A stretch of DNA of 64,000 nt from Calcarisporiella thermophila CBS 279.70 (lineage: Eukaryota; Fungi; Calcarisporiellomycota), in the NCBI RefSeq assembly GCF_041956535.1, contig NW_027192213.1, positions 366,444 through 430,443 of the forward strand, in the 5' to 3' direction. This document shows positions 1 through 13,045 of the stretch, piece by piece (within the stretch, counting starts at the first letter, position 1; each line of letters begins with the position of its first letter). The notes beneath the pieces are model-generated. The model ran no database searches, was not told where the DNA came from, and saw only the letters and a list, made by a program, of their open reading frames with translations. The translations under genes and the position numbers were made by a program.

Positions 1-22
1 ATAATTAATACAATACTCTACA

Positions 23-2067
23 ATGCTGCACGAACTCCTTTTTGCGATGTCCGGTCATCCCGGCGACGTCTTTATATCCACCCCCACTACCTTCCAAGTC
101 ACCCCTGATTTCCCTCTTCTTCATAATTCCGAAATCCACGCGTTAAATCGCCTGGCGCATCTGGGCTTTTGCTATTTTCAGCTCTCGGAATTCATCGCCC
201 ACACTCGCAATCGTAAAGGCTTTTATCTCCAATCGTTAAGTACTGCTCTGCATAATGCGCTCGGGACCTATCGCTGTGCGCTTCTGGAATGTGAAAAGGG
301 AATAATAAGTAGCAAGAGCGGAACCCTCTCGATGTTAGAGGCGGAATTTGCCCTCCACGAAATAGTGCTTCCTGCCCTGCTTGGGCTCGTGAATGAGATA
401 AAGGATAAGAAGGTGGCTGGGTGCAGAATATTAGACGTGGTTGCCGATCGTACGCAAACCGGTGTTCCCGAAATAAAGAGCGTCATGATGCGCATACTCA
501 AGGCGTGTCACGCAGTTTTCTACCAGCAGATAGCAGCCTGGATGATGTATGGCCAGCTACGTGACCCTCATGCAGAGTTCTTCATCCGCGAGGATTCTCG
601 AGAAGAGCAGGTCCATACCGGCGGGAAGCTCAATTACGTCTTGGATAAAACGCAAATTCCATCCCATATTCCGATGGCTAGTGCAGAGTCGATCCTATTC
701 TCCGGAAGAGTCGTTAGAATCGTGCGTGAAGGGGCTGGCGAACATGCACGGTCCAGAGGCGGAAAAGGAGGGGGAAAGGATGCCTATTTCCCCCCCTCTT
801 CGGTGACCGATTCCCACCTCTCCTCCCTCATCCGTCTATCCCACTCCCCTGCATTCGAGCTCTCCGAATTCTGCAATACCATCCAATCTATTCGCAGCTC
901 CATTTCTCAGTGGGTATGGAGGCGTATACTCACCCCATCAACCATCGTTGTATGTTTGGAGTCTTTCAGGCACCTATTTTTGCTCGGAAGAGGCGATTTT
1001 GCCCTGAATATGCTGGAGGAATTGCAGCAGTTAGATGGGAAGCAACGCGTGAAAGAGCACGAGCTGAATGCGCTGCTGGTGCGAGCGGCGGTTGGGACGC
1101 TAGCCGAGGATGACCCTGCGTTGGACAAGCTACGGTTTGTGATAGGAGAAAATGCACCAGAAGACCCCAAGGAAAGCAAAGAGAAAAACGTGTTTGCCAG
1201 CATGCTTATCGGCATTCCAATCCGTCTGACCTACCGCCTCGAGTGGCCGCTTGACTTATTCCTTGGCGAAGAAGAGCTGCGGCAATACGACAACCTCTTC
1301 ACCTATCTACTCGTCACGCGAAGAATTCAGTTCCGCCTACAGCGGCTAGCACGAGCGGTATCCGAACGAGGGAGATGGCGGTGGCGACGACAATTGGATG
1401 GGGAGAAGAGTCTGATCGAGGAGAGAGAGAAAGACGCCCGCCAGTACGCCGAATGGAGCATGATTGTTTGGCGGGTACGAGGGATGATGATGTTTTTTAT
1501 CGACGCAATATGGGGGCATATGCAGGTAAATATTCCAGGCCTTATCAAATTTCAGAGATTGGATGAAAGCCAATCTGGCATTTCATTCTCTTTTTTTTTC
1601 GGATTGCTTATACCATCTTTATTTGTGAACCGCTTTTTAATGGGCCGAATTTTTAGATGGATGTGATCGAGGTCAACTTTCGTGCGTTTCTCCAGAAAGT
1701 CGCGGCTGCCGCCGCCGATACGCTTGATTTTGAATCTTTGCAACAGGCCCACCGCTACTACTTGGACAATCTCGTGCGTGGGTGCCTCCTGGAATCACAG
1801 GTCCTTAGAGGATGTCTGCGCGAAGCCTTTGGCGTGTGTGATCGATTCTGCGGCATTGTGGAAAGGGTGTCAGAGGATGGGGCGGGGAGGGGCGAGGAAG
1901 AGAGGGATGTCAAGGCCATTTTGCGACTGGAGAAGGAGTTCAATCGGCAGGCCTTCTTCCTATTTCGCACCCTCTCCGGGGTGAGCTCGGGAGAAGGCCC
2001 CGCCCGCCATCTCAACCACCTGCTACTGCGGCTGGATTTCACCAAATGGTTTTCATTTCATGTATAA
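23..2067 (+). CDS. GCP4: Gamma-tubulin complex component 4 (GCP4, Spc97/Spc98 family), 2 exons
   Basis: N-terminus MLHELL(F)AMSGHPG; motifs 'QIAAWMMYGQLRDPHAEFFI', 'FLLGRGDF', 'WPLDLF', 'DFESLQQAH', C-terminal 'LLLRLDF'. Intron 1526-1656 (GT..AG) joins ORFs 23 and 1657 in frame. Confidence 0.88.
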
Positions 2068-2235
2068 ACTCTCCCCAACCGATTGTTATTTGTTTTTCGT
2101 GTTTTCCTTTTTACAATATTTCCGAAAATGGATGTAAATAATTGAACAAAGAGCACACAAGATGAGACAGCCCGCCCGATAGAAAACCAAAAGAAGAAGA
2201 TACTTTATTTGCGAACGAAGCTAACTTATCACCCA

Positions 2236-3741
2236 TCATAGCTTCTGATAGTCTAACTTGGTCTCTAGCTTCTTTGCATCCGACACCTTCCGTACCGCCT
2301 TCATAAAGTCCTCCTGAACCACGTAGTCGCGCTCCTCGCGAATGGCAAACATGCCTATCCATGCAAAAATACAAAAAAAAAAAGGTCAGACACTTAACAA
2401 AGAGCCGGCATTGGGAGGGGGAGGCGGGGGGGAAGGGCAGAATACGCACCAGCTTCTGTGCACACGTTCCTTAGATCCGCACCATTAAATCCATCGGAGA
2501 GCTTCACTATCGCCTCGTAGTCAATCTCGCCGTGCTTGGTGATGGGCCCGGCATGGATCTTGAGAATTTCCATCCGCCCTTGCTCATTGGGGAGTGGGAT
2601 TTCAATCTTCCGGTCCAAACGACCGGGGCGCAACAAGGCGGGATCGAGGGTGTCAGGCCGGTTGGTTGCCATGATTAGCTTCGTCTGACCCAGATAGTCG
2701 AACCCGTCCATCTGGTTGAGCAGCTCCATCAACGTTCGCTGAATTTCACGATCGGCTGAGGTGCCTTCGGAGAAACGTCTGCCTCCAATAGCGTCGATCT
2801 CATCCATGAAGATAATGCAGGGCTCATGCTCTTTGGCATAACCTGAAGAGGAAGAGCAAAGAGGTTAGAGCACGTGCGCTCGATTCAAAAAGCTATAGCA
2901 CAATTACCAAACATCTCGCGAATCAACCGTGCGCTCTCTCCAATATATTTGTCCACAATCGCACTTGAGACCACCTTCAAGAAATTCGTCTCTAGACTAC
3001 TTGCGACAGCCCTAGCCAACAGTGTTTTCCCGGTGCCGGGTGGTCCGTATAATAGCACCCCCTTGGGAGGCTTAATTCCCACGCGCAAAAACAGTTCTGG
3101 ATTCGTCAGCGGCAACTCGATAACTTCTCTCAACTCGCGAATCTGTTCTGATAGACCCCCAATACCCGCAAAGCTCACATCTCCAGGGTCCTCGGAAGAC
3201 ATGTTGTACACCAGGGGATCGACCTCCCGTGGGAGGATACGCATAATGGTCAAGGTAGTCATGTCAAGAGCAACACGAGTGCCTTGTTTGAGCTTGAGTT
3301 TATCCACCTTATTACGGCAGCCAACAACATAGCGGGGGCCGCTTGAAGCCTTTACAATAACTAAAGAATAAGTGACGAGAGGCGGTGAGTGCCCAAAATG
3401 GGGGGGGGTTAAACTCAGAGCACAGCAAATAGAAAAAAAAAAACATACATCGCTCTTCATCCAGCTGTTTAAGCACTTCTCCGATGATCTGACCGACACT
3501 CTGAAGGGCTTTAAGATCATCCTCGGATTTTTCGTAGTGCTTCTCCAAATCTCTTAAACCGAAACGTACTATGCTCAACCAACGAAACTCGAATCAATCC
3601 AAATGCAAATGATCACATCCTTAAAGATTTATATTTACATTCTTTAACTTTAGCCTCCATCTCCCGGTGATCCAACAGCTTCTTCTTATAATCGTTGAGC
3701 GCTTTTGTGCGCGCATCGCTGTCGCTTGAGCTGCTTGCCAT
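2236..3741 (-). CDS. RPT4: 26S proteasome AAA-ATPase Rpt4 (PSMC6), multi-exon
   Basis: '[14 protein letters not shown]', '[13 protein letters not shown]', Walker A GPPGTGKT, '[30 protein letters not shown]'. ATG at 3741, ends KLDYQKL* at 2236. Confidence 0.96.
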
Positions 3742-5794
3742 GGTTAGGAAGTTTCTGACTGGAATAGAATGAGGATATAATCTACAAACGCGTCTTCAAG
3801 ATTTATTCCTTGCGTAAGCTCCATTGGGTGGCTTGGATTGGAGTGCCATTTCAAATTTTTCGTTTGGAGGATACCGGGTGGAGAGGAGAAGAGTCTAAGG
3901 GTAGAGAATGACCTCGTCTCTGCGGTATATCCCCGGAAGACCTGGCTGGATGACATGGCTACAGGCTAAACCCAGCTCTGCCATCTACTTCACCATGAAT
4001 AAATGTGACAGAAGAGTAGGCTATGAGTCAGAAGCAAGGATTTCAGCAGCAGGGTTTGTGCTGGTAGGAAACGTCTTGACGCGAAATTAATGACTGCTGC
4101 CACTGCTGGTCTCAACCTTTACCTTATCATAGCCATTGCTAGATAGTCTATCCCAGTTACCACGGTGTAAAGTTGTGCTTCTCAAGAAGGTTTATTCAGT
4201 TTCCACACGTTTCTTTCTCACGGAAAAATTCTCGGTATTGCCTCACCGAAACTTTCCTCATTTCAAGCGTCAATTGTGTATCCTAGACTCATAGAAGATG
4301 CGCGATAATCAAACCAAATTAAAATGATACTACAGATATAGGAAGGTGCAAATTTGAGGACACAATAAACCGTCCGTGACTAAAGAAAATGGAGCCGTGT
4401 TGGTTTTCGGAGAAGCCTATTCTATCCAAGCCAATAATGATAGAAGAGAGAATGTGAAAATGCTCTCAGCCATATCTACAATATTTAGACATAGTCTGCT
4501 AGTCTGTTAGCGTCGACTGTGCTTTCGAGAGTAAGCAAGTGGTATTAGCGTCTTGGCGGGTTGCCGGGACCGCGCTGACACCTCGTGAAAATCGGGTTAG
4601 CGTCAGGGGACGAGAGGCCAATGCGAAAGAGCACAAAATCGGCCGGAAATCTCGCGAGTGACCAGGTTACGAAAAGCCTCGGCTCCGTCAATGGCTTGTT
4701 CGTATTTCATCAGGTGAAAGAGAGCATTGGATGGCCGGGGCGGTGCTTTGATGGCGTGGATTTGGTATTTCCGGGAGAGCCACTATGTTCCCGGGCAAAT
4801 CCAGGGATTGCTTCTGAAGTTGGGCCGCGTGGAAGAGGCCGTCCCAGCCGGCACTGAGCTTCAATTTTTGCCGTCCCGCCGAGCACAATGGAGCAAAACG
4901 GCTCGCCGGGTGGCTGGCCATGGTTCGCGAAGCTCGGCTTCCATTGAGAACACCACTTCTGAAAATCCCGTCGGTATTCTGTCCAGGGGCTGCCCGGGCG
5001 TTCTCTAGGGGAAAAGGCGGTAGCCGCTCGTTCTACAATGCACGAGCAGAACCTTTGCGCGCACACCCGAGGTTACACTGCAAGTCACAATGCGCGAAGA
5101 GGCGAATGGGGAGGAGGCAAGATAGGATGGACAGCTGGCATTAGAAAGCGGCATTGTCGTAAGCACAGTAGCAAAACCTTTATCCCGCACGCGTCAGCTT
5201 ACGGCGGCCAGCATTTTTGCAGCCGTCAGGCAAGAGTTATATATAGCCCGACTGTGCTTCCGCCCGAGCGTTTTAGGCGATGCGAATCCGCGTTGGACAA
5301 AAATTTGTGTGCTTGCAAAATTTGATTTCATACAAAGTTCTCTTCTCACCTTGCATTTTGTTCTCGCACCTTTTAATCCTAATTATTACCAGCAATACCA
5401 GGGGCTCATTCTCTCGCAATCTCTGCGCTCATCTTCTCCATCCGTTGGCTTTGCATTTGGATCTGACAAGAAAGAGGGGGCGATTGCTGCTTACTTCCTC
5501 TGCTTATCCTTCTCTTGGTGTATTCCGCTTTTTATTTTTCTTTTTCTTTCTTCGATTTGTTTCCTAGTGCAAATAATCTCTTATTTTCTTCTCTATTTTT
5601 ATTTCCATTTAATCCCTTTTGATCCGCCATTCCTTGCGCCTGTCAATCGTGAAGTGAAAGCTTGGTTAGAGGTTCCGATTTGGTATTTTTTTCCCGCCTT
5701 CTTTTATTGCTATTCGATCGAATTTTCCCACCCTTTCTCTACGACGTATCTAATGGTTTGTCTAGTAGCAAACTACATCCATGCCCAGATCGAA

Positions 5795-8140
5795 ATGAGC
5801 GAAAAACGAAGTCTATCTTATGACCTTTTCGTGTGGTTCTTCAACATCCTCCTGGATATATTCTTCCGCGAGATTCAGCCGCGCGGTGCACACAAAATCC
5901 CGCTAGAAGGTCCTGTTATTTTTGTCGCAGCACCCCATGCGAATCAGGTTCGGGTGGCACCAGGGGATTAGGATTCTATAGATGGATATTGACCTGTTTC
6001 TATTACCAGTTTGTCGATCCCCTTGTATTAATGCGCGAATGCCCGCGCAGAGTGTCATTCCTCATTGCCGAAAAGTCTACGCGACGAGCCCTAGTGGGCG
6101 CTTTCGCTCGTGCAGTTCACTCTATCCCCGTCACGCGTCCTCAAGACATCACTAAAACAGGCCGCGGGCGCATCCGCCTCGCGGACCGCTACAACACTCC
6201 CACGCGGATCACAGGCGAGGGCACCCAATTCACTCAGTTCGCCCCAGGGTATCAGATCCACCTGCCTAAAAACGGAGGCGCTGCCGAGATCGTGGAGATC
6301 ATCTCTGACACCGAATGCGTCATCAAGAGGGAGTTCAAGGACCTCACGGCCCTGGAGATGCTCACGTCGGAGGAGGGCTCATCCTACAAGTATGCTCCAC
6401 CCGTCAATCAGACCGAGGTATACAAGCAAGTGTTTAAGGAGTTGGCGAACGGGCATTGTGTCGGGATTTTCCCCGAGGGCGGCAGCCATGATCGTGGGGA
6501 AATCATGCCCCTGAAGGCCGGGGTAACCATCATGGCGTTGGGCGCCATGGCTAGCAACCCGGACGTGGATGTGAAGATTGTGCCGTGTGGTAACTACGGA
6601 TTTCTCTGCGAAGCATGCGGGAATCTCTTCCTTGACTGACGCTTTTTGAATTAGGGCTCAACTATTTCCATGCGCATCGTTTCCGGTCTCGTGCGGTCGT
6701 GGAGTTTGGTCAACCCATCTCCGTGTCCCGCGAGCTGGTGGAGAAATACAAGCTTGGAGGGGCCGAGAAGCGGGAAGCCTGTGGCAAACTGCTCGATACC
6801 ATCTACAATGCCCTGAAATCGGTCACCGTCAACGCACCCGACTACGAAACGCTCATGGTAACCATCTCGTGACCGTGGTTGGGACGCAACCACTCATGAT
6901 GCTAATTTTCTTTCTTGTTTTTCTTCTCTGTTTCTTCCAATAGTTGATTCAAGCGGCACGTCGCCTCTACAAGCCGGCTCACCGTAGGCTTCACATCTCA
7001 CAAGTGGTCGAGTTGAACCGACGCCTCGTATACGGATACAATCTCTTCAAAGATGAGCCCAAGGTCAAAGAGCTGAAACACAAGGTCTCCGCCTACAATC
7101 AGCTGCTTAAGTACCACGGCCTCAAAGATCACCAGGTGCAAAAGGCCGCGCTGCACGGGGGCCATGCGTTATCGCTGCTCATCTACCGCATGTTCTGGCT
7201 GGCCTTCTGGGGCATCCTTTCCCTGCCGGGTGCCATTTTGAATCTGCCGGTGGCCATTGTGGCCAGGGTGATTAGTTCGCAGAAGGCGAAGGAGGCCCTT
7301 GCCGCCTCCACGGTCAAGATTGCGGGGCGAGATGTCCTGGCCACATGGAAGCTGCTGGTGGCGCTCGTCCTGGTGCCCCTTCTCTATTTCTCCTACACCA
7401 TGCTCGTGCTCTTCCTCACCCTGCGCTACGATTTGGCCTTCAAATGGAAGTTTTGGCTCCCCGTTTTGACGTGGGTGACCCTTCCGATTTTGAGCTACAT
7501 GAGCCTGCGCTTTGCGGAAAACGGCATGGACATATACAAATCGTTGCAGCCCCTCCTTCTCTCGCTACTGCCCTGGGAGCGCACGAGCGTGGTCAACCTG
7601 AGGACGGTCAGGGAGCGGCTGAGCAGCGACATCACCGAGCTGATCAACGAATATGGACCCAAGGTGTTCCCCGACTTTGACCCGAATCGGGTCGCCCTCG
7701 AGCGACATGAGGGCCGCCCACTGACGCCGACGCCGTCCTCGGCGCGGTTAGCGGGCGGCTTCTTCACCACCCCTCTCGAATGGCTCGACGACAAGGTGTT
7801 CCAGTGGGGCCGGGCGGACGACCAGGAGGCCGACGAGTACTTTTTCTTTTTGGATCGGCGCGGACCCGGCGGATTCTCCTCGCGCTCGCGATCCCGGTCG
7901 CGAACCCCCAGTGGAAGTTCGTCGCGGGCACGATCACGCACGAGCAGCTTTGGGACCGGGTTTGGGGGCGAGGGGTTGCGGGTGGAGGCCATGACCGAGC
8001 TCTCGAGAGACAAACCGTTCGCCGAGCTCACCCGTAAGGCAAGGGACAAGTCGCGGGAGCGCTACTTGAAGCCACCGGGGATCGAGTTCACCGTTGGAAA
8101 TGGGAACGTGGCGTCGGAGGAGGAGAAGAAGCATAACTGA
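5795..8140 (+). CDS. Glycerol-3-phosphate/DHAP O-acyltransferase (Gpt2/Sct1 family), 4 exons
   Basis: Motifs 'FVAAPHANQFVDP', 'GIFPEGGSHDR', 'KIVPCGLNYFHAHRFRSRAVVEFG', 'GRDVLATWK', C-terminal TM helices and Ser/Arg-rich tail. GT-AG introns link ORFs 5309/5833/6944. Confidence 0.93.
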
Positions 8141-8538
8141 GCCGTGGAGATGCATCCATATTTATCCTCATCGTTCTCCATTTTCTCTCTTTCTATTTAT
8201 ATACTCTTATGTTTACCCCCCCCCCCTCCCTCCTCCTCCTCCTCCGCCTCCTCTCTTTACGCACCTTCTGTTTGGGCTGGGTTGTTCCACGGGAAAAAAA
8301 AGAAGGGTTTATAACAGCTATTTTCTATATACAATTTTGTGTGTACTTCTTTTCACCTCTTTTCCTTCCTAATCCTTCGTTATCTTTTATCTAGATGTTT
8401 TTTGTCTTTCACTGCTAGCAACCATACGCCTTGTTCATATTTTCATATCCAAAAGGAATATATATATATATATATTTTTCAAATTGAGGTCAGAAAAAAG
8501 TAATACACGCACACTGGTCGAAATGCAAGGGATTTTCT

Positions 8539-9266
8539 CTAAAAGCTCTTCACCGCCATCGCCCCCAGTATTAGGCTAATTGCCTCCTGCTTGTTGTTTA
8601 TGCTCTCTCCAAGTTTATAGCACTAGAATAAGAGCATGGAGAAATGAACCAAGGCCAAACAGCCTGCGAACAGTTCACGGGGGCGCTTACCTTCTTCAGT
8701 GCGTTCATGTCGGTGAAGGTATCGAGTTCTGCCAGGGGAACCAGCTCACCCTCCACCACGCCCTTCAGTTCCTCCTGGAAAATAAGGGGGTCAATAACAT
8801 GAGCATGAACAGATATGCACAGATGAATGGAAGCGGGCTAGTACCTCGTCGGCCTCCTTTCCGATCTTGGCAATCACCAGGGCATCCGTGTCTTCCTTAA
8901 TTCCAAACTTCCGTAATGCCTCCGATATACTCGAGGTGGGCTCGAGGTTGTAGAGGATCTCGGAATAGAGGGTGCGGGTTTTCAGGCTGTTATGCTGTTG
9001 GTCATGGACCGCCTTGTTGGCTGCCACAAGGACTTGGAAGGGATCTAGTAGCTGCAGGGGAGAGCACAAGACAAGGTGAGCAGTTCTAGTTCTTGATGAG
9101 GGACCAATGCCAGACGAACCATGCGCGCATCAACAAACGCGTACGAGAGCGATGGGTCACCTTTCAGGAGCCGCTCGCGCAGGGAGGCTGTGTTTCTCAC
9201 ATTGCGGAAGAGGGCGAGATGGATTTTACCAGCGGCGGGATAGAGATCGAGATTGTATGATTCCAT
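8539..9266 (-). CDS. CGI121: KEOPS/EKC complex subunit Cgi121 (TPRKB), 4 exons
   Basis: 'LFRNVRNTASLRERL', 'FQVLVAANKA', 'LKTRTLYSEILYNLEPTSSISEALRKFGI'. Last exon CYKL...ILGAMAVKSF*. Confidence 0.92.
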
Positions 9267-10164
9267 GCCAATGTAACTCTGTTTTTAGACTTTGCCGCCG
9301 GGCCGTGGTGAGGTTGTTTGAATTCAGGAGCATCCTAGCCTGCCCTCAAGCCGGTGCCAATGTTGGGAGCTGGAGATCACAACAAAGGCCCGACTCACCG
9401 GCGCTAATTGGGCACAGCGGGTGGCTTGTGGGCGGGGTGGCCTCCATTATTAATTGCAACCATCTCCCCTATGCGCACGAAATTGATTGTATTCAGGTGG
9501 GGCGCCTAGGTCATGCATGCGCAGGATACCTCCACAAAACTCCAGGCTTCATTTCAAGCAGGCCCACCCTGTATGCACCGGATTGTTCCCAGGGGGCGAG
9601 CGCATACTGATCTTGTTGTAGCTCGCGCTGCCGTGGGCCGGCCGTGTTGGGGGAGGAGCTGCGGAGGAGGAGGCGATCGGCGAGGGGAGGCGGGCGAGAG
9701 GAGGACGAAGGGCTGAGGGCAATGGAGCTGACCGCCGAGCATCTCTGCAACCCATTTGCCATGGGGAGCAAGGGCAGCCAATGCGCCCTTCAAAACTGCA
9801 CCGCCGATCTTGCCTGCCCATCGCTCCACCATTTTAGCCGCAGCGTCACATCTAACAAATAAAGGCCGCCCAATTACATCACGGGCCGGGCCGGTTAGGG
9901 GTCTGCGGCGCCAAATGCAGGAAAGGTTTTTGGAGAGCATTCCACTGAAAACTTCTCGAAAGACCTCCCGCTACTCGTTCTAAATTAAATTTTCTGTTTT
10001 CGCTCAATTTTTCTGTTTTTCTCTTTCACGCTGGCCTCCTCTCCTCGCCTCTCCCCCATCAAAATCCAAACGCTAATCCGAACCAAGCCGATATATGCCT
10101 CCCCAATCTCCCGCCTCTGCCTCCATTCACTCCCCCTGTCTAGTCTCCCTCCCTTTTGGCATTA

Positions 10165-12617
10165 ATGCATCCGCTTCCCCCCGAACCGCTCTCCAAGCAG
10201 CACAATGCTGCATCGGCACCCCATCGCCAGAACAATCGTAGCGATTCCTTCGATGAGCTTCCTTGTGGGCGCCAAGACAATACCGTACAATCCCGAGCGT
10301 CCAATCCTGCTGCATGCGATCAAGGGATGGAGGATGGGGGCTTTCCGGCGAGCTCCTTTGCCGTGGAACAGCAGGAAATGTTGGTGAAGAGCGCAAGAAC
10401 GGTGCAAGATCGCCGGAGAGCTAACCAAAAGGTGGGCAGCTTTGAAGATCGGCCGAAGGAATCCCTCCCGGATCAGGATCAAGAAGCGGAGCAGAGCGCT
10501 GCTTCCAAACTGCGCTACGAATGCGACTCCATCGACGAATACTCTCTTGCAGGCCTCGATGAAAGCATCCATTACGACTGGGCGAATGTGCCTGCACATG
10601 GCATGCATCTTTCCTCCGATGCACAGCCCCCCGCTTATTTGTCCGTCCAGGCTCAATCCTCCCCCAAGGAAAAATTCAAATCCAGCAAAAGCCTTTCGAA
10701 TCGCCTCCGCTCATGTTCTCATTCCCCCGTCCCCCAACCCACCCTCCTCACACCGCAGTACCTGCAGCCAAAACCCTCGCCCACGAACATGGGCGTTCGT
10801 TTCTCCCATCTAAGCGAAAAGCCTTCCCTCTCGCGCAAGCTCTCGTGGGATGCAGAAAAGCTCAAGAGCTTGGCGGCGTTCAAACGCCGGCCCTCTCTGG
10901 TAAAGAAGCGCGAGAAGGAACGAGAGGCTGTGCGCGAGAGCCGATTCTTGGCCGAGAACAACTACATCACCTATTCTGTCGATATCGAGGACTATGAAAT
11001 CAAATATCCTATCGGTATGTCTTATTGCCCGAACTGGTCTCGAATGGATTTGGATCGTGCTAACCCTCGTCTATGCGCCTGTTTAGGACGTGGGGCCACT
11101 GCGACCGTGTACTATGCCCTCTACAAGTCTAAGCTTCCGGTCGCACTGAAGATTCTTGACCTGGATCGGTTTCAACGGAACCAGATCGACGAATTAAGGG
11201 TCGGTATTTCTCTCCTTTGACGGTTTCGTACCCCCAGCCCTAACCTCTATGCCTTACCCCCACTTTCAGAAAGAGACCCAAATCATGAGCTTATGCAGGC
11301 ACCCTAACCTTCTCCCAGTTTACCGCTCATTTGTCCATGGCTCGCAGCTTTACATCGTTACCCCGAATCTCTCTGCTGGTGAGTCATTCTTCTTAGTTCT
11401 TCTTCCTCTTTGAATCCCTCACGATAAAAAAAAAATTCTCGACTCTTATCAATATAAGGTTCATGCAAGGATCTCATTCGCGCCTCCTTTCCCAACGGGC
11501 TCCCCGAGCCGATGATCGCCTGTATCCTTTTTCAGGCATTGCAGGGTTTGCGGTATCTTCACCAAAACTGTCTCATCCATCGCGATATTAAGGCTGCCAA
11601 TCTCCTCTTGGACAAAGAAACCGGCCAAGTGCTACTTGCCGATTTTGGCGTCTCACGTATGGATACTCCCGCCGCCGATGAGCGCAACGGTAGATACAGC
11701 TTTGTAGGCACCCCTTCTTGGATGGCGCCCGAGGTGATTGAGAGGAAAAACTACGATGCCATGGTGGACATGTGGAGTTTCGGCATCACCGCGCTGGAAC
11801 TCGCCTATGGGGGCGCACCCTACGCGAAGCTTCCCCCCAGAAAGGTCCTACTCCTCACCCTACAGAATAGCCCCCCAAGGCTCGACCGCTCTCGATGCGT
11901 ATACCCGTACAGCCGTGCTTTCGAAAACATGATTGAGCTGTGTCTGCATAAAGACCCTAAGCAACGGTAGATCTCCTATCCATTTGGACGAATTCCTTGA
12001 CATTATCATTGAACTTTTTTTTTTGCTTGCTTCCCATTAGTCTCACTGCAGAGAAAGCCCTGCATCACGCCTTCTTCCGCCGTGCGCCACCTCCCAGCTA
12101 CCTCGCCTCTATTCTCAATATGTCCAAGCAGCCTTCGGTCCAGGAAAATTCACAGCTCACCCTGAAGCGATCGCAAGAGGTTGCAGAGAGGCGCCCTAGC
12201 GCAAACCCTCAGTCGTGGGATTTCGACACGTCCGGCGATGACCATCAGCTACAGGTTCAGCCGGCGTCTCCGCCTCCCGCGCCGCCACCCGCCATTCATA
12301 TTTCGCCTCCTTCGTCGCCGATGCCTTCCCCCTCGCTCATCCACTCCCCCGATGACGACAGGGCGCCGGGAACGGACGACCTGTCCCTCTCCGAGCCGTC
12401 TCCAAGGCGGGATAACCTTCGCCTCATCATTCCACAGCCGTCCCGCAAGCGCGCAGATTCGCTGTCTTCGGCGGGTGAATCTGATGAGGCCATTACTCCA
12501 ACCTCCTCCTACCCCTCATCGCCCTCCTCCTTGTCCAGTGCGAAGGCCAAGGACGAAGATGCGCGAACTCCAGCCTTCGTCTCCGCCTGGTCGGGCTACA
12601 CTAGCTATTCTGCGTAA
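10165..12617 (+). CDS. STE20-family Ser/Thr kinase (OSR1/SPAK-like), 5 exons
   Basis: GRGATATV loop, 'VALKILDLD', 'IDELRKETQIMSLCRHPN', HRDIKAAN, DFG, 'SFVGTPSWMAPE', 'ELAYGGAPYAKLPPRKVLLLTLQNSPP'. Low-complexity N- and C-termini. Start codon uncertain. Confidence 0.88.
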
Positions 12618-13045
12618 GCACTTGGAGGTAATCGCTTAGCTCCCCCCCCCCCTCCTGGCCATTGTATTTTTTGTTTTTTCGCTTATACTTGGGATTCATT
12701 TCTCTCCCTCTATCCATCTCTGTCCATATTTTCGTTAATATTTATCGACCCCCCTTCTTTTATTATATAAATACGCGTCGCATGCTGACAAATACTTGCG
12801 TCTTTTTTCCTCATTGATATAGATTCCTTTCCCTTTTCCCTCGAAGTGCTTTAGATTTTCCCCCTCTTCCTTACACTTTGTATAAATAAAAGATCCAAGA
12901 CCCTCTCTTTCGTAGCAAGGCAAAGTCTCATTTTATGCTCGGAATTTCAAAAGGAGGTAAAAACAAAGAAAAATATACACACAAAAACAAACGGGACAAA
13001 ATAACTACATAGCAGGAAAGCGGAGGGGTGAGGGGGGGGATGCTT

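Noticed and set aside
4585-5325. Overlapping short GC-rich ORFs upstream of GPAT
   Set aside because: No recognisable motifs or coherent splice model; likely promoter/5' UTR.
9300-10100. Many short ORFs between CGI121 and the kinase
   Set aside because: GC-rich divergent promoter region with no protein-like signal.
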